A DNA stretch of 64,000 bases from Candidatus Jorgensenbacteria bacterium GW2011_GWB1_50_10 (lineage in GTDB: Bacteria > Patescibacteriota > Minisyncoccia > UBA6257 > GWB1-50-10), in the NCBI GenBank assembly GCA_001004105.1, contig LCQK01000003.1:46805-110804 (forward strand), read 5' to 3'. The position numbers and the translations under genes were made by a program. Shown piece by piece: positions 35,591-46,251 of the stretch (positions are counted from its first letter, which is position 1; each line of letters begins with the position of its first letter). Under the pieces are notes generated by a model. That model was given only the letters and a program-made list of their open reading frames with translations. It ran no database searches and had not been told where the DNA came from.

Positions 35591-36664
35591 ATGGTTAGTT
35601 CCTGGCGAAAATTTGACTGGCTTCTTTTTTCCGCGCTTCTTGCGATTGCTCTTGCGAGCTTGGTTTCGCTTTTGAGTTCCAATGCAATCCTTTTTTACAA
35701 ACAGCTTGTTTGGTACATAATCGCGTTCTGTCTCATTCTTTTCTCCATCCGTATCGACTGGCGCGGCCTTATCAAAGAGTCTTATTTCCGCTACGGGATT
35801 TACTGGTTCGCCGTCGCTCTTCTTCTTATAGTTGACTTATCGGGGAAAACCATAAGAGGCGTAACAAGCTGGCTCCAATTCGGTGATTTTCAATTTGAAC
35901 CGGCCGAACTCGCCAAACTTGGGCTGATTCTGCTCCTTGCCGGATTTTTTTCCAGGCGCCACATCGCCGCTTGGGTCGGCAAAAACATCGCCCTCTCTTT
36001 TTTCTACGCCTTAATCCCGACGGTCCTCGTCGCCGTTCAACCCGACCTCGGTTCGGCGCTCGTCGTTTTCGGAATTTGGATCGGTTTTTTGCTTCTTTCC
36101 GGAATAAATAAAAAAAGATTAGCCGTGGGTTTCTTGGTAGCTATCCTCTTTGCCGGCCTGCTTTGGGGTTTCTTTCTTAAGCCCTATCAAAAAGACCGGC
36201 TTCTCGGGTTCGTCAATCCCGAACGCGACCCGCTGGGCGTAAACTACAACGTTATCCAGTCGAAAATCGCCATCGGTTCAGCAGGATTCTGGGGCAAAGG
36301 TTTTGGCGCGGGCACGCAAGTCCAGTTCGGTTTTCTTCCCGAGGCGGAGACCGATTTTATTTTCGCCGCCTTCGTTGAGGAATGGGGGATCGTGAGCGGG
36401 CTCATTATTATTCTCGCTTTTCTCCTCGTAGTTTCCCGGATTGTAAAAATCGGCATTGAGGCGAAGAACAACGACTACAAATTCATTACTTTGGGGACGG
36501 CGCTTGTTCTCGCTATTCATTTTCTCCTTAATATCGGCTCAAACTTGGGTTTTTTGCCCGTGACGGGCATTAATTTCCCGTTTTTAAGCTACGGCGGTTC
36601 CAATATCTTGACAGTCGCGATTCTCGTAAGTATAGTAGAAAGAATCAAGCTTGAATCCTCATGA
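35591..36664 (+). CDS. FtsW/RodA/SpoVE-family peptidoglycan polymerase
   Basis: Ten-TM pattern by eye, with QPDLGSALV, ETDFIFAAF and PFLSYGGSN motifs. Confidence 0.88.
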   Translation: MVSSWRKFDWLLFSALLAIALASLVSLLSSNAILFYKQLVWYIIAFCLILFSIRIDWRGLIKESYFRYGIYWFAVALLLIVDLSGKTIRGVTSWLQFGDFQFEPAELAKLGLILLLAGFFSRRHIAAWVGKNIALSFFYALIPTVLVAVQPDLGSALVVFGIWIGFLLLSGINKKRLAVGFLVAILFAGLLWGFFLKPYQKDRLLGFVNPERDPLGVNYNVIQSKIAIGSAGFWGKGFGAGTQVQFGFLPEAETDFIFAAFVEEWGIVSGLIIILAFLLVVSRIVKIGIEAKNNDYKFITLGTALVLAIHFLLNIGSNLGFLPVTGINFPFLSYGGSNILTVAILVSIVERIKLESS

Positions 36665-37698
36665 TTAACGAAAGAGGCCTTTTAAATTTGCGTTTCCTTA
36701 TTGCTTTAGGAGGCGTTTTATTTTTAATACTTGCGACCGCTTATTTTTTCTACGGTTTGGAACCGAATCTCGCCTCCGGCGAGTCGAGAAATGACAGTCC
36801 CTCCGCCGCCGCCTCGGTTTTCAAAATTTCCAAAGGCGAAGGTCTGAAAGAAATCGGCGCCCATCTCTCGCAAGGCGACTTCATTAAATCCATCACGATT
36901 TTCAAACTTTATTCGTTATTCTCCGGCAACGCCCAGAAATTTAAGCCGGGCATCTACGAAATAAATTCCGGGATGAGCGTTCCGGAAATAGTGAAGGTAT
37001 TGACCGCCGGCGGAGAGAATGAAGTGACAATTGTTATTCCCGAGGGCACCGCTTTGAAAGACATCGATTCCGTCCTCGCCGCCTCCGGCATCATAGAGAA
37101 AGGTTCTTTGGTGAAATATTCATTTGCCGCGCTCCGGCCGGATTATCCGTTCTTAAACGACGTGAGTTCGCTCGAGGGTTTTCTCTTTCCTGATACTTAT
37201 CGTTTTGAAGTCTCTTCGCAAACCGAAACGGTTGTGAAAACAATGCTTGATAATTTCAAAGTCAAAGTTTGGGAGGGCTTGAGTTCCAAAAACAATTGGT
37301 ATGATACGCTTATTCTCGCTTCCTTTCTGGAGCGGGAAGTGATTGATTTCGCTGACCGGCAGATTGTGGCCGGAATCCTATTGAAAAGACTCAAACTCGG
37401 CATGCCCTTGCAAGTTGATGCCACTATAAGCTATCTTAAATGTAATGGTGAACTCAAGGGGTGCCGAGGGGCCCTCATCACTAAAAAGGATCTGAGTTTG
37501 CCTTCGCCATACAACACTTATCAGAGGTTAGGTTGGACGCCAACCCCCATTTCTAATCCGGGGGAGGTCTCCATTTCTGCGGCTTTGAATCCCGTTTCCA
37601 GTTCTTATTTGTATTATCTTTCCGCCAAAGGAACTCAGGAAACGATTTTTGCGAAGACGCTCGAGGAACACAACCGCAACCGGGCTAAATATCTATAG
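36661..37698 (+). CDS. mltG: endolytic transglycosylase MltG (YceG-like)
   Basis: N-terminal TM segment, LASFLEREV with a catalytic-Glu context, and LPSPYNTYQRLGWTPTPISNPG. Confidence 0.85.
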   Translation: MINERGLLNLRFLIALGGVLFLILATAYFFYGLEPNLASGESRNDSPSAAASVFKISKGEGLKEIGAHLSQGDFIKSITIFKLYSLFSGNAQKFKPGIYEINSGMSVPEIVKVLTAGGENEVTIVIPEGTALKDIDSVLAASGIIEKGSLVKYSFAALRPDYPFLNDVSSLEGFLFPDTYRFEVSSQTETVVKTMLDNFKVKVWEGLSSKNNWYDTLILASFLEREVIDFADRQIVAGILLKRLKLGMPLQVDATISYLKCNGELKGCRGALITKKDLSLPSPYNTYQRLGWTPTPISNPGEVSISAALNPVSSSYLYYLSAKGTQETIFAKTLEEHNRNRAKYL

Positions 37699-37772
37699 AC
37701 CTCAAAGTGCTACATCCCGTTTAACCGAGAGAAGCCTTTCGCGTTTCAATCGTCTTAAAATAAAAGGGCATT

Positions 37773-40700
37773 ATGTCAAAAGTAAAAGTTTTTTCATATT
37801 ACAAGGGACCCAAGTTCACAGGACCGAATCTCATAGAATTTCAGCTCAATTCCTTCAATTGGTTTCTGAAGACGGGCCTGAAGGAGCTTTTTGATGAGAT
37901 TTCGCCGATTAAGGACCACACTGGGAACGAGTTGGAACTTCATTTTTTGGATTACAAGTTCGACCCGCCCAAATACACCGAAGAGCAATCCAAATACAAA
38001 GACCTGACCTATGAGGCCGCTCTTCGGGTCAATTTAAAGCTCGTTGACAAGACCGTGAAGCAGAGCCGGACCCAGGAAGTTTATCTCGGCGACTTTCCGA
38101 TAATGACCGAGCGCGGCACCTTCATTATCAACGGCGTGGAGCGGGTGGTCATCGCCCAGCTCATCCGTTCGGCCGGTGTCTATTTTACCGCGTCCGTTTT
38201 CCGGGGGCGGAAGCTTTTCGGCGCCAAAGTGATTCCCAACCGCGGCAGTTGGATAGAATTAGAAACTGATGCAAGCGGCCTTATCGGCGTGAAAATTGAC
38301 CGCAAGAGGCGGGTGCCCGTAACCTCGCTCCTCCGGATTTTCGGTCTGCAGTCGAATGATGCAATTTTGAAGAAATTTGCCAACGTTGATACCGGCAAAA
38401 TCAAATTCATTGAAGCAACTTTAAAACAGGATGATGCCAAAACCGTTGATGAGGCCTATATTGAAATTTACAAGCGCCTTCGGCCGGGGGATTTGGCGAC
38501 CGCCGACAACGCCCGGTCCTTGATTGAACCAATGTTCCAGCGTTTCGACCGCTACGATCTGGGCGCCGTCGGCCGCTTCAAATTCAATCAGCGATTGGAA
38601 ATAACCAAAAAGAAAAACGGCCTTTTGGATTTGGAAGATGTCGCTCAGCTAGTCAAAGAAGCAATCAGATTGAACAATGATTTACTTGCCGAGCCGGACG
38701 AAATCGACCATCTGGGGAACCGCCGGGTAAGAGCGGTCGGGGAACTGATGCAGTCGCGCCTCCGCGTCGGCTTCGCGAGAATGCGCCGCGGCGTCCAGGA
38801 CCGGATGTCCACTCTGGAACGGAAAGGACTCCAGCCCGCCCAGCTCGTAAACTACAAAGTACTGACCGCCGTTATCCGCGATTTTTTCACTTCTTCCCAG
38901 CTTTCGCAATTCATGGACCAAGTGAACCCTTTAGCTGAATTGGAACACAAGCGGCGGCTATCCGCCATGGGTCCCGGGGGTCTCACGCGTGAGCGAGCCG
39001 GCTTTGAGGTCCGCGACGTGAACCCATCCTATTATGGGCGGATTTGTCCCATTCAGACGCCGGAAGGCGCGAACATCGGTCTCGTCAACTACTTGGCCAA
39101 TTACGCCCGTTTGAATGACTTTGGGTTTTTGGAAGCACCTTATTTTGCTGTCTTGAGGGGCAAGGTTACTTCTAAAGTCGTTTGGTTGGATGCGATCGAG
39201 GAGCAGAAGCACATTATCGGCCAGGCTGACACCAAAACCGACGAGGACGGCCGCATTGCGAAGGAAAGGGTGGCCGCGAGAATCAAAGGCAAGCCGGGGC
39301 AGTGCAAGCGGGAAGAGTTGGAATTCATGGACGTTTCGCCCAACCAGTTCGTGAGCATCGCCACATCTCTCATTCCTTTTCTGGAACATGATGACGCGAA
39401 CCGGGCGCTCATGGGCTCCAACATGCAGCGCCAGGCCGTTCCTTCTATTAAACCGCAGGCGCCCTTGGTCGGCACCGGCGTTGAAGAAAAAGCAGCTTAC
39501 GATTCCCGGCAGGTTTTAATTTCCGACCACGACGGCGTGGTCGCGGCCGTCGACGGCAAGGAAATCGTGATTAAAACCGATGGCGGCGAAAAGGTTTACA
39601 ACATCATCAAATTCCGCCGGTCCAATCAGTCCACTTGTCTTTCCCAACAGCCGGTGGTTCGGGTGGGCGACAAAGTGAAGAGTGGAACGCTTCTCGCCGA
39701 CGGTCCCGCGACCGAAGGGGGAGTGCTTGCCCTGGGCCAGAATCTTTTGGTCGCTTTTATGCCCTGGCACGGCGGCAATTACGAGGATGCCATCATTTTA
39801 TCGGAGCGCGTCCAACAGGAGGATTTATTCACCTCCATTCACATTGAAACGTTCGTTTGTTCCGTCCGCGACACCAAACTGGGTCCCGAGATGACGACGC
39901 CGGACATTCCAAACGTAGCCGAAGACAAATTAAGGAACCTGGACGAAGAGGGCATTGTCCGCATCGGTGCCGAAGTGCGGGCGAACGACATTTTGGTCGG
40001 AAAGATTTCTCCCAAAGGCGAATCGGAACTCACCTCCGAAGAGCGGCTCCTGCGGGCCATCTTCGGCGAGAAGGCGCGGGACGTTAAAGATTCATCTCTC
40101 ACTATTCCCCACGGCAAGCAAGGTCGTGTGATTGGCGTGAAAATCTTCTCGCGCGACAAAGGTGACAAACTCGAACCGGGTATCATTAAAAAAATCCAGA
40201 TTGAGATCGCCCAACTACGCAAAATCCGGGCCGGCGACAAGCTGACTGGCCGGCACGGCAACAAAGGCGTTATTTCCCAAATCAGGGCCGTTGAAGACAT
40301 GCCCCATCTTGAGGACGGCACGCCGGTGGACGTCATTTTGAATCCCCTGGGTGTTGTCTCCCGAATGAACCTCGGCCAGGTTCTGGAAACGCATCTCGGC
40401 TTTGCCGCCAAAAAACTTGGCTACCGCGCCGTGGTGCCGCCCTTTGTTGGCGCCTCCGAAGAAGAAATTAAATCGGAAATGGAAAGCGCGGGTATTCCTA
40501 AGACGGGGAAGATTAAGGTTTACGACGGTTTGACCGGCGAGCCCTTCCGAGAACCGGTGATGGTGGGTTATGTCTACATAATGAAACTCAACCACTTAGT
40601 TGAGGACAAAATCCACATGCGCTCCACCGGTCCTTATTCTTTGATTACCCAGCAACCTTTGGGTGGCAAGGCCCAGCTCGGCGGCCAGCGCTTCGGCGAA

Positions 40701-40952
40701 ATGGAGGTTTGGGCCCTTGAGGGCTACGGGGCCGCTCATACCCTTCAGGAGATGCTTACTATAAAATCCGACGATGTTCTCGGCCGATCAGCGGCCTTTG
40801 AATCTATTATTCGCGGCCAGGATATTAGAAAGCCGAATATTCCCGCTTCTTTCAACGTGCTCGTTTCGGAATTGAAGGCTCTGGGTTTGGGCGTTGATAC
40901 CGTGGGCGGCGAAGACGGCGAGAAAGACAATAAAGAAGAACATGACGAATAG
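37773..40952 (+). CDS. rpoB: DNA-directed RNA polymerase beta subunit
   Basis: GTFIINGVERVVIAQL, RLSAMGPGGL, NMQRQAVP and GRHGNKGVIS motifs. Confidence 0.97.
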   Translation: MSKVKVFSYYKGPKFTGPNLIEFQLNSFNWFLKTGLKELFDEISPIKDHTGNELELHFLDYKFDPPKYTEEQSKYKDLTYEAALRVNLKLVDKTVKQSRTQEVYLGDFPIMTERGTFIINGVERVVIAQLIRSAGVYFTASVFRGRKLFGAKVIPNRGSWIELETDASGLIGVKIDRKRRVPVTSLLRIFGLQSNDAILKKFANVDTGKIKFIEATLKQDDAKTVDEAYIEIYKRLRPGDLATADNARSLIEPMFQRFDRYDLGAVGRFKFNQRLEITKKKNGLLDLEDVAQLVKEAIRLNNDLLAEPDEIDHLGNRRVRAVGELMQSRLRVGFARMRRGVQDRMSTLERKGLQPAQLVNYKVLTAVIRDFFTSSQLSQFMDQVNPLAELEHKRRLSAMGPGGLTRERAGFEVRDVNPSYYGRICPIQTPEGANIGLVNYLANYARLNDFGFLEAPYFAVLRGKVTSKVVWLDAIEEQKHIIGQADTKTDEDGRIAKERVAARIKGKPGQCKREELEFMDVSPNQFVSIATSLIPFLEHDDANRALMGSNMQRQAVPSIKPQAPLVGTGVEEKAAYDSRQVLISDHDGVVAAVDGKEIVIKTDGGEKVYNIIKFRRSNQSTCLSQQPVVRVGDKVKSGTLLADGPATEGGVLALGQNLLVAFMPWHGGNYEDAIILSERVQQEDLFTSIHIETFVCSVRDTKLGPEMTTPDIPNVAEDKLRNLDEEGIVRIGAEVRANDILVGKISPKGESELTSEERLLRAIFGEKARDVKDSSLTIPHGKQGRVIGVKIFSRDKGDKLEPGIIKKIQIEIAQLRKIRAGDKLTGRHGNKGVISQIRAVEDMPHLEDGTPVDVILNPLGVVSRMNLGQVLETHLGFAAKKLGYRAVVPPFVGASEEEIKSEMESAGIPKTGKIKVYDGLTGEPFREPVMVGYVYIMKLNHLVEDKIHMRSTGPYSLITQQPLGGKAQLGGQRFGEMEVWALEGYGAAHTLQEMLTIKSDDVLGRSAAFESIIRGQDIRKPNIPASFNVLVSELKALGLGVDTVGGEDGEKDNKEEHDE

Positions 40953-43900
40953 AAATTCCGACGTTAAATCAATATCCATCAGAATGGCTTCGCCTGGGGA
41001 AATTCTACAGTGGTCTCACGGTGAAGTTATTAAGCCCGAAACGTTGAATTACCGCACCCAGCGGCCGGAGAAGGACGGGCTTTTTTCCGAACGGATTTTC
41101 GGTCCGACCCGAGATTACGAGTGCTACTGCGGCAAATACAAGAAAATCCGGTACAAGGGCGTGGTCTGCGAGAAATGCGGCGTAGAAGTGACGCGGGCCC
41201 AGGTCCGACGCGAAAGGATGGGACACATCAATCTCGCCACCCCCATCGTTCATATCTGGTTTTTGAAAACCGTGCCGAGTCGCTTGAGCTTGCTTTTGGA
41301 CATCTCCGTGCCGAAGCTGGAGAAAGTCATCTATTACGCCGCTTTTGTCGTGACTTCAGTGAATGAAGAAGCGAAATCTCAAACTCTCCTTAAGCTGAAG
41401 CAAGAATTCAAATCCCTGAAGAAAGAAAAGAAAAGCGCCGAAGACAACCTAGAAGAAGCGAAGGAACGGCAGGAGGAAATCCTCTCCGTTTTGAAGCCGG
41501 GTTTGATTCTTACGGAAGCCGAGTACTACGCCCTTTCGCGGGTTTTCGGCGACGTTTTTGAAGCCGACCGCGGCGCGGGAGCCGTGAGGAAAATTCTTGA
41601 AGGCATAGATTTGAACATTCTCGTGAAGGATTTAAATAAAGAACTTGAAACTTTAAAAGATGTCACGCGCCGCCGCCGCGTCTTGCAGCGTTTGCGGCTT
41701 ATCAGGTCGCTGCAAAAATCAGGGCTACGGCCCGAGTGGATGGTTTTGACCGTGCTCCCGGTTCTCCCGCCGGAATTGCGGCCGATGGTCGCCTTGGACG
41801 GCGGGCGTTACGCCACCGCCGACTTGAACGATCTCTATCGCCGCGTCATCAACCGCAACAACCGGCTCAAAAAACTCGTTGATTTGAAAGCGCCGGAGGT
41901 CATTGTCGTGAACGAAAAGAGAATGCTTCAGGAAGCAGTTGACGCTTTAATTGATAATTCTTCGAGTTTGGGCACTCAGATTCTTTCCACCCGTCGCCGC
42001 CCGCTCCGGTCGCTCGCCGACCTTTTGAAAGGCAAGCAAGGCCGGTTCCGCCAGAACCTGCTCGGCAAACGGGTTGATTACTCGGGCCGCTCGGTCATCG
42101 TCGTCGGCCCCGAATTGAAATTGAACGAATGCGGCCTGCCGAAAAATCTCGCTCTTGAGCTTTTCCGGCCGTTTGTCATCAACAAAATCATTGAACGGGG
42201 CCACGCTTACAACATCAAGCAGGCCAACCGCTTAATTGAACAGGGAACTTCCGACGTCTGGGCTATTTTGGAAGAAGTGATGGCGAACAAGAGGATTCTT
42301 TTAAACCGCGCACCCACTCTCCACCGTCTCGGCATTCAGGCCTTCAAACCGCTCCTTATTGAAGACCTCGCCATTCGGATTCCGCCGCTCGTCTGTTCGG
42401 CCTTCAACGCCGACTTCGACGGCGACCAAATGGCCGTTCACTTGCCGCTCACCGTTGAGGCGCAGTACGAAGCCAAATATTTAATGGACGCCGCCAAGAA
42501 CTTATTGAAACCGGCCAACGGCGAGCCGATTGTGACGCCTACCCAAGATGTGGTTTTGGGAATTTATTACCTGACGAGAGGGAAGAAGGACGCGAAAGGT
42601 GAAGGCAAAATATTTTCTGATTTCACGGAAGCGATGCTTGCTTATGAGGCCGGTCTTTTGGATCTGAACGCCGAGATTAGAGTAAGGCATGATGGCAAAA
42701 TAATCGCGACGACTTACGGCCGGCTGATTTTTAACAGTATCCTGCCGGAGGGATTTGGCTTTGTGAACGACCATCTCACCAAATCCAAGCTGGCAAAGTT
42801 GGTGAGCCGCATTATTGATAAATATGGAATTGAATCCTCCCACGAGTATCTGGACAGAATCAAAAACCTCGGTTTTCTTTACGCCACTATTTCCTCAATC
42901 AGTTTCAGCATTGACGACACGATAATTCCGAAAGAAAAAGAGGAAATTCTTGCGAAGGGCAACGATGAGGTGGCCGCGATTGAAGCGCAGTACCACGAAG
43001 GGCTTTTAACCGAAAAAGAGCGCCAGCGCAACATTATTGGTGTCTGGACTCGCGTTTCGGGACAGGTGAGCGACTTAGTTGCCAAAGAACTGTCGCCGTC
43101 AAATCCGCTCTATTCCATCATCAACTCCGGTGCCCGCGGCACCTGGGCTCAACTGCACCAGGTGATGGGCATGAAGGGACTTCTCACGAACCCGAAGAAC
43201 GAAACCATCGAATTGCCCGTCAAATCCTCCTTTAAGGAAGGCCATAAGGTCCTGGAGTATTTTATTTCCACCCACGGCGCCCGCAAGGGTTCGACCGACA
43301 CCGCCCTAAAGACCGCCTCCGCCGGCTACTTGACGCGCCGGCTCGTTGACGTGGCCCAAGACGTAATCGTGAAAGAAAAAGACTGCAAAACGGAGAAGGG
43401 TATAGAGCTTATAAGAAAGGAAGGCGACGCCTATGGCTATGACTTCGGCGACCGGGTTTATTCCCGAACCACCCTGGAAGACGTGAAAATCGGCCGGAGG
43501 GCCGTGGTAAAAGCCGGCGAAGTTATAAGCCGCGCCGCCTCCGAAGAAATTCAGACCTCCGACATCGCTTCTGTCAAAGTGCGTTCGCCCATCACCTGCA
43601 ATTCGCTCTACGGGATTTGTTCCGCCTGTTACGGTTGGGATTTGGCTACGGAAAAACCCGTTCTAATCGGCGAAGCGGTTGGCATTGTGGCGGCGCAGTC
43701 CATCGGTGAGCCGGGCACCCAGCTTACCATGCGAACTTTCCACATCGGAGGAGTCGCGGGCGTGGACATCACCGCCGGCCTCCCTCGGGTGGAGGAGGTT
43801 TTTGAGGCAAGGCCGCCGAAAGGCAAAGCCGTGCTTGCCAAGGACGGCGGCACGGTTGTGGGCATTGAAGAACAAGGTCTCACTAAAGTCATCAAAATTA

Positions 43901-44592
43901 AGGAAACCGTTCCCAAGAGCAAAACTAAGAAAAACGCCTTTGTTGAGTATCTAGTGCCGGCGGGTGTAACCCTTAACGTCAAAGAAAGCGACGTTGTCAA
44001 AAAAGGCGATTTGCTTTCCGAAGGCCATCTTGATTTGAAAGAACTTCTGGAGTACCGCGATATTGAAGCGGTGAAGCATTATATCATCAACGAAGTTCAA
44101 AAAATTTACGTCCCCGAAGGCACCTCCATCAACGACAAGCACGTGGAAATTATCGTCCGGCAGATGCTCTCCAGGGTGCTCGTCAAAGACTCGGGTGACA
44201 CGAACTTTATGGCGGGGGACATTCTTGAAAAATCAAAATTCCGGGAAGTCAATCTGGGAATGAAACGTGAGGGCAAGAATCCGGCCAAAGCATTGCAGCT
44301 TATTTTGGGCATCACCCGTGTGGCACTCACCACCGAAAGCTTCCTTTCCTCAGCTTCGTTTCAGGAGACAAGCCGGGTGCTGGTGGGCGCTTCCGTGGAA
44401 GGCAAGGTTGACACCTTGCGCGGCCTTAAGGAGAACGTCATTATCGGCAAGCTCATTCCGGTCGGCAGCGGTTACCGCGGCATTCCTGAGGGCGAAATTG
44501 CACGCCTTAAGGAAATCTTTTACCCAGCCGTTGCCCCGCCGGAAGAAGAAATGCCGCCCACGCCCTCAATTGACGTTCCGGAAAACGCCTGA
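40942..44592 (+). CDS. rpoC: DNA-directed RNA polymerase beta' subunit
   Basis: The start was set at ATG 40942 (MTNRNSDVKSISIRMASPGEILQWSHGEV), overlapping rpoB by 11 nt. Zn-finger CYCGKYK...CEKCGVEV, the NADFDGDQMAVH catalytic loop and a trigger-loop region are present. Confidence 0.97.
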   Translation: MTNRNSDVKSISIRMASPGEILQWSHGEVIKPETLNYRTQRPEKDGLFSERIFGPTRDYECYCGKYKKIRYKGVVCEKCGVEVTRAQVRRERMGHINLATPIVHIWFLKTVPSRLSLLLDISVPKLEKVIYYAAFVVTSVNEEAKSQTLLKLKQEFKSLKKEKKSAEDNLEEAKERQEEILSVLKPGLILTEAEYYALSRVFGDVFEADRGAGAVRKILEGIDLNILVKDLNKELETLKDVTRRRRVLQRLRLIRSLQKSGLRPEWMVLTVLPVLPPELRPMVALDGGRYATADLNDLYRRVINRNNRLKKLVDLKAPEVIVVNEKRMLQEAVDALIDNSSSLGTQILSTRRRPLRSLADLLKGKQGRFRQNLLGKRVDYSGRSVIVVGPELKLNECGLPKNLALELFRPFVINKIIERGHAYNIKQANRLIEQGTSDVWAILEEVMANKRILLNRAPTLHRLGIQAFKPLLIEDLAIRIPPLVCSAFNADFDGDQMAVHLPLTVEAQYEAKYLMDAAKNLLKPANGEPIVTPTQDVVLGIYYLTRGKKDAKGEGKIFSDFTEAMLAYEAGLLDLNAEIRVRHDGKIIATTYGRLIFNSILPEGFGFVNDHLTKSKLAKLVSRIIDKYGIESSHEYLDRIKNLGFLYATISSISFSIDDTIIPKEKEEILAKGNDEVAAIEAQYHEGLLTEKERQRNIIGVWTRVSGQVSDLVAKELSPSNPLYSIINSGARGTWAQLHQVMGMKGLLTNPKNETIELPVKSSFKEGHKVLEYFISTHGARKGSTDTALKTASAGYLTRRLVDVAQDVIVKEKDCKTEKGIELIRKEGDAYGYDFGDRVYSRTTLEDVKIGRRAVVKAGEVISRAASEEIQTSDIASVKVRSPITCNSLYGICSACYGWDLATEKPVLIGEAVGIVAAQSIGEPGTQLTMRTFHIGGVAGVDITAGLPRVEEVFEARPPKGKAVLAKDGGTVVGIEEQGLTKVIKIKETVPKSKTKKNAFVEYLVPAGVTLNVKESDVVKKGDLLSEGHLDLKELLEYRDIEAVKHYIINEVQKIYVPEGTSINDKHVEIIVRQMLSRVLVKDSGDTNFMAGDILEKSKFREVNLGMKREGKNPAKALQLILGITRVALTTESFLSSASFQETSRVLVGASVEGKVDTLRGLKENVIIGKLIPVGSGYRGIPEGEIARLKEIFYPAVAPPEEEMPPTPSIDVPENA

Positions 44593-44604
44593 TAAAGTGG
44601 CAAT

Positions 44605-45000
44605 ATGTATGAATTAACCGCCGTTACCAAAGAAGAAAATTTTGCGCCCCTGAAGGAGGTTCTCGCAAGAAGCGGTGTAAAGATATTAAGCGAAGAAGCG
44701 CCGAAAAAAATTCACATGTTTTACCCTGTGAAAAAAGAAAGGTACGGCTTTTTAGGTGTCTTTAAATTTGAAAGCGCTCCCGAGGCGCTAGGGCGACTCT
44801 CGGCCGATTTGAATCTAAAAGGGGAAGTTCTCCGTTTTGTTATTGTCAAACCAAAAAAGGTGAAAATTAGGGAAAACGAGAGCCCGACTAGATCTACCGC
44901 CCCCCGCGATTTTTTAAAGGCTCCGATTGTGAAAAAGCCGGCTGAGGCCGCCTTGACCAACGAAGAGCTTGAGAAAAAGATAGAGGAAATTCTAAAATAA
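44605..45000 (+). CDS. rpsF: 30S ribosomal protein S6
   Basis: MYELTAV... with FLGVFKFE and LRFVIVK, in the S6-SSB-S18 operon order. Confidence 0.85.
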   Translation: MYELTAVTKEENFAPLKEVLARSGVKILSEEAPKKIHMFYPVKKERYGFLGVFKFESAPEALGRLSADLNLKGEVLRFVIVKPKKVKIRENESPTRSTAPRDFLKAPIVKKPAEAALTNEELEKKIEEILK

Positions 45001-45005
45001 AAACA

Positions 45006-45470
45006 ATGAACTTAAACAGAGTCATTTTAATCGGACGGCTCACGGGAGATCCGCAGCTCCGAACCACGCCAGCCGGCCAGCCGGTTACAACTATTTCGCT
45101 TGCAACGAACAGGGTTTGGACCAATAAAGCGGGCGAGAAGCAGCAGGATGTCCAGTTTCACAATGTCGTTATCTGGGGCAGGCAAGCGGAAGTCGTCAAT
45201 CAATTCCTGAAGAAAGGAAGTTTGGCAATGGTGGAAGGGCGGCTCCAAACCCGCACTTGGCAGGACAACCAAGGGCAGAACCGGCGGACGACGGAAATCG
45301 TCTGCGAGCGGATTCAATTCGGCCCGCGGGCGGGCGGTTCGCCTGCGCCGGCGGGAGAGGGCACCGATGCCGCTCCCGCGTTTGGAGGAACCGACAGCGA
45401 AGTTAAAGAAACGCTCCCGGAAATAAACATTGATGGCGACGAGATAAAACCGGAAGACATCCCTTTTTAA
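45006..45470 (+). CDS. ssb: single-stranded DNA-binding protein
   Basis: MNLNRVILIGRLTGDPQLR OB-fold start, a Gly/Pro-rich linker and an acidic C-terminus DIPF. Confidence 0.92.
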   Translation: MNLNRVILIGRLTGDPQLRTTPAGQPVTTISLATNRVWTNKAGEKQQDVQFHNVVIWGRQAEVVNQFLKKGSLAMVEGRLQTRTWQDNQGQNRRTTEIVCERIQFGPRAGGSPAPAGEGTDAAPAFGGTDSEVKETLPEINIDGDEIKPEDIPF

Positions 45471-45473
45471 AAT

Positions 45474-45674
45474 ATGCGCCAGTGCAATTTTTGCTCTCAA
45501 AATGTAAAAGCGATAGATTTTAAGGATGTCGCCGTTCTGCGCCGCTATATTTCGGGTCAGGCGAAAATCATTGACCCTCGCCACACCGGCGTCTGCGCCA
45601 AACACCAGCGCCAGCTCGCGAGGGCCGTGAAACGCGCCCGTGTCATGGCTCTTCTGCCTTTTGTCCGCCGTTGA
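45474..45674 (+). CDS. rpsR: 30S ribosomal protein S18
   Basis: IDFKDVAVLRRYISGQAKIIDPRHTGVCAKHQRQLARAVKRAR. Confidence 0.92.
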   Translation: MRQCNFCSQNVKAIDFKDVAVLRRYISGQAKIIDPRHTGVCAKHQRQLARAVKRARVMALLPFVRR

Positions 45675-45676
45675 AG

Positions 45677-46192
45677 ATGGACAGGGCTCTTTTTGAATTT
45701 TTCCATTCGCTTGCTAACCGGGCCGCGTTCTTGGACGGCCTCATTGGCTTTCTGGCGGTTTATTTTGTCTATTTTTTAGTTGCCGGGCTTTTGTTTTTTT
45801 TGTACAAAATGAAAGCTGCACCGAGGCACAAGGTTTTTGCGTTTCTTACGCTTTCTTTAGGTGCCGTTCTTTCCCGGGGAATTTTCACCGAAATCATCAG
45901 GTTCTTCTACGACCGGCCAAGGCCCTTTGAGGTTTTGAACATCACCCCGCTTTTTCTTGACGAAAACCCCGCTTTCCCTTCGGGACACACCGCCCTTTTA
46001 TTCGCTCTTTCGTTCGCTCTTCTTCATTTCAATAAAAAACTGGGTTATTGGTTTTTGGGATTTTCCTTACTTGTTGGCATCTCAAGAATCATTGCCGGCG
46101 TCCATTGGCCGAGCGATATTTTGAGCGGCATAGTCGTCGCTTTTATCTCGGTTTGGATCGTCCGCCTCCTTTTGAAGAAATACGAGATTTAG
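45677..46192 (+). CDS. PAP2-family phosphatase (BcrC/undecaprenyl-diphosphatase-like)
   Basis: RPRP, PSGHTA and SRIIAGVHWPSD motifs. The ATG at 45677 is preferred over the TTG at 45671. Confidence 0.8.
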   Translation: MDRALFEFFHSLANRAAFLDGLIGFLAVYFVYFLVAGLLFFLYKMKAAPRHKVFAFLTLSLGAVLSRGIFTEIIRFFYDRPRPFEVLNITPLFLDENPAFPSGHTALLFALSFALLHFNKKLGYWFLGFSLLVGISRIIAGVHWPSDILSGIVVAFISVWIVRLLLKKYEI

Positions 46193-46251
46193 TTTAAAGT
46201 TACCTTTGTTATACCCCTATGCACCTTAAGCACGGGGGTCTTATCGCGTTT

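Noticed and set aside
45339-45360. Possible additional decayed palindrome copy in the ssb linker (CGCCTGCGCCGGCGGGAGAGG, SPAPAGEG)
   Set aside because: It is too divergent to distinguish from an ordinary Gly/Pro/Ala-rich SSB linker.
45671-46192. Absence of rplI (L9) after rpsF-ssb-rpsR, where a PAP2 phosphatase follows instead
   Set aside because: Gene order varies and L9 could be encoded elsewhere. Absence cannot be judged from one window.
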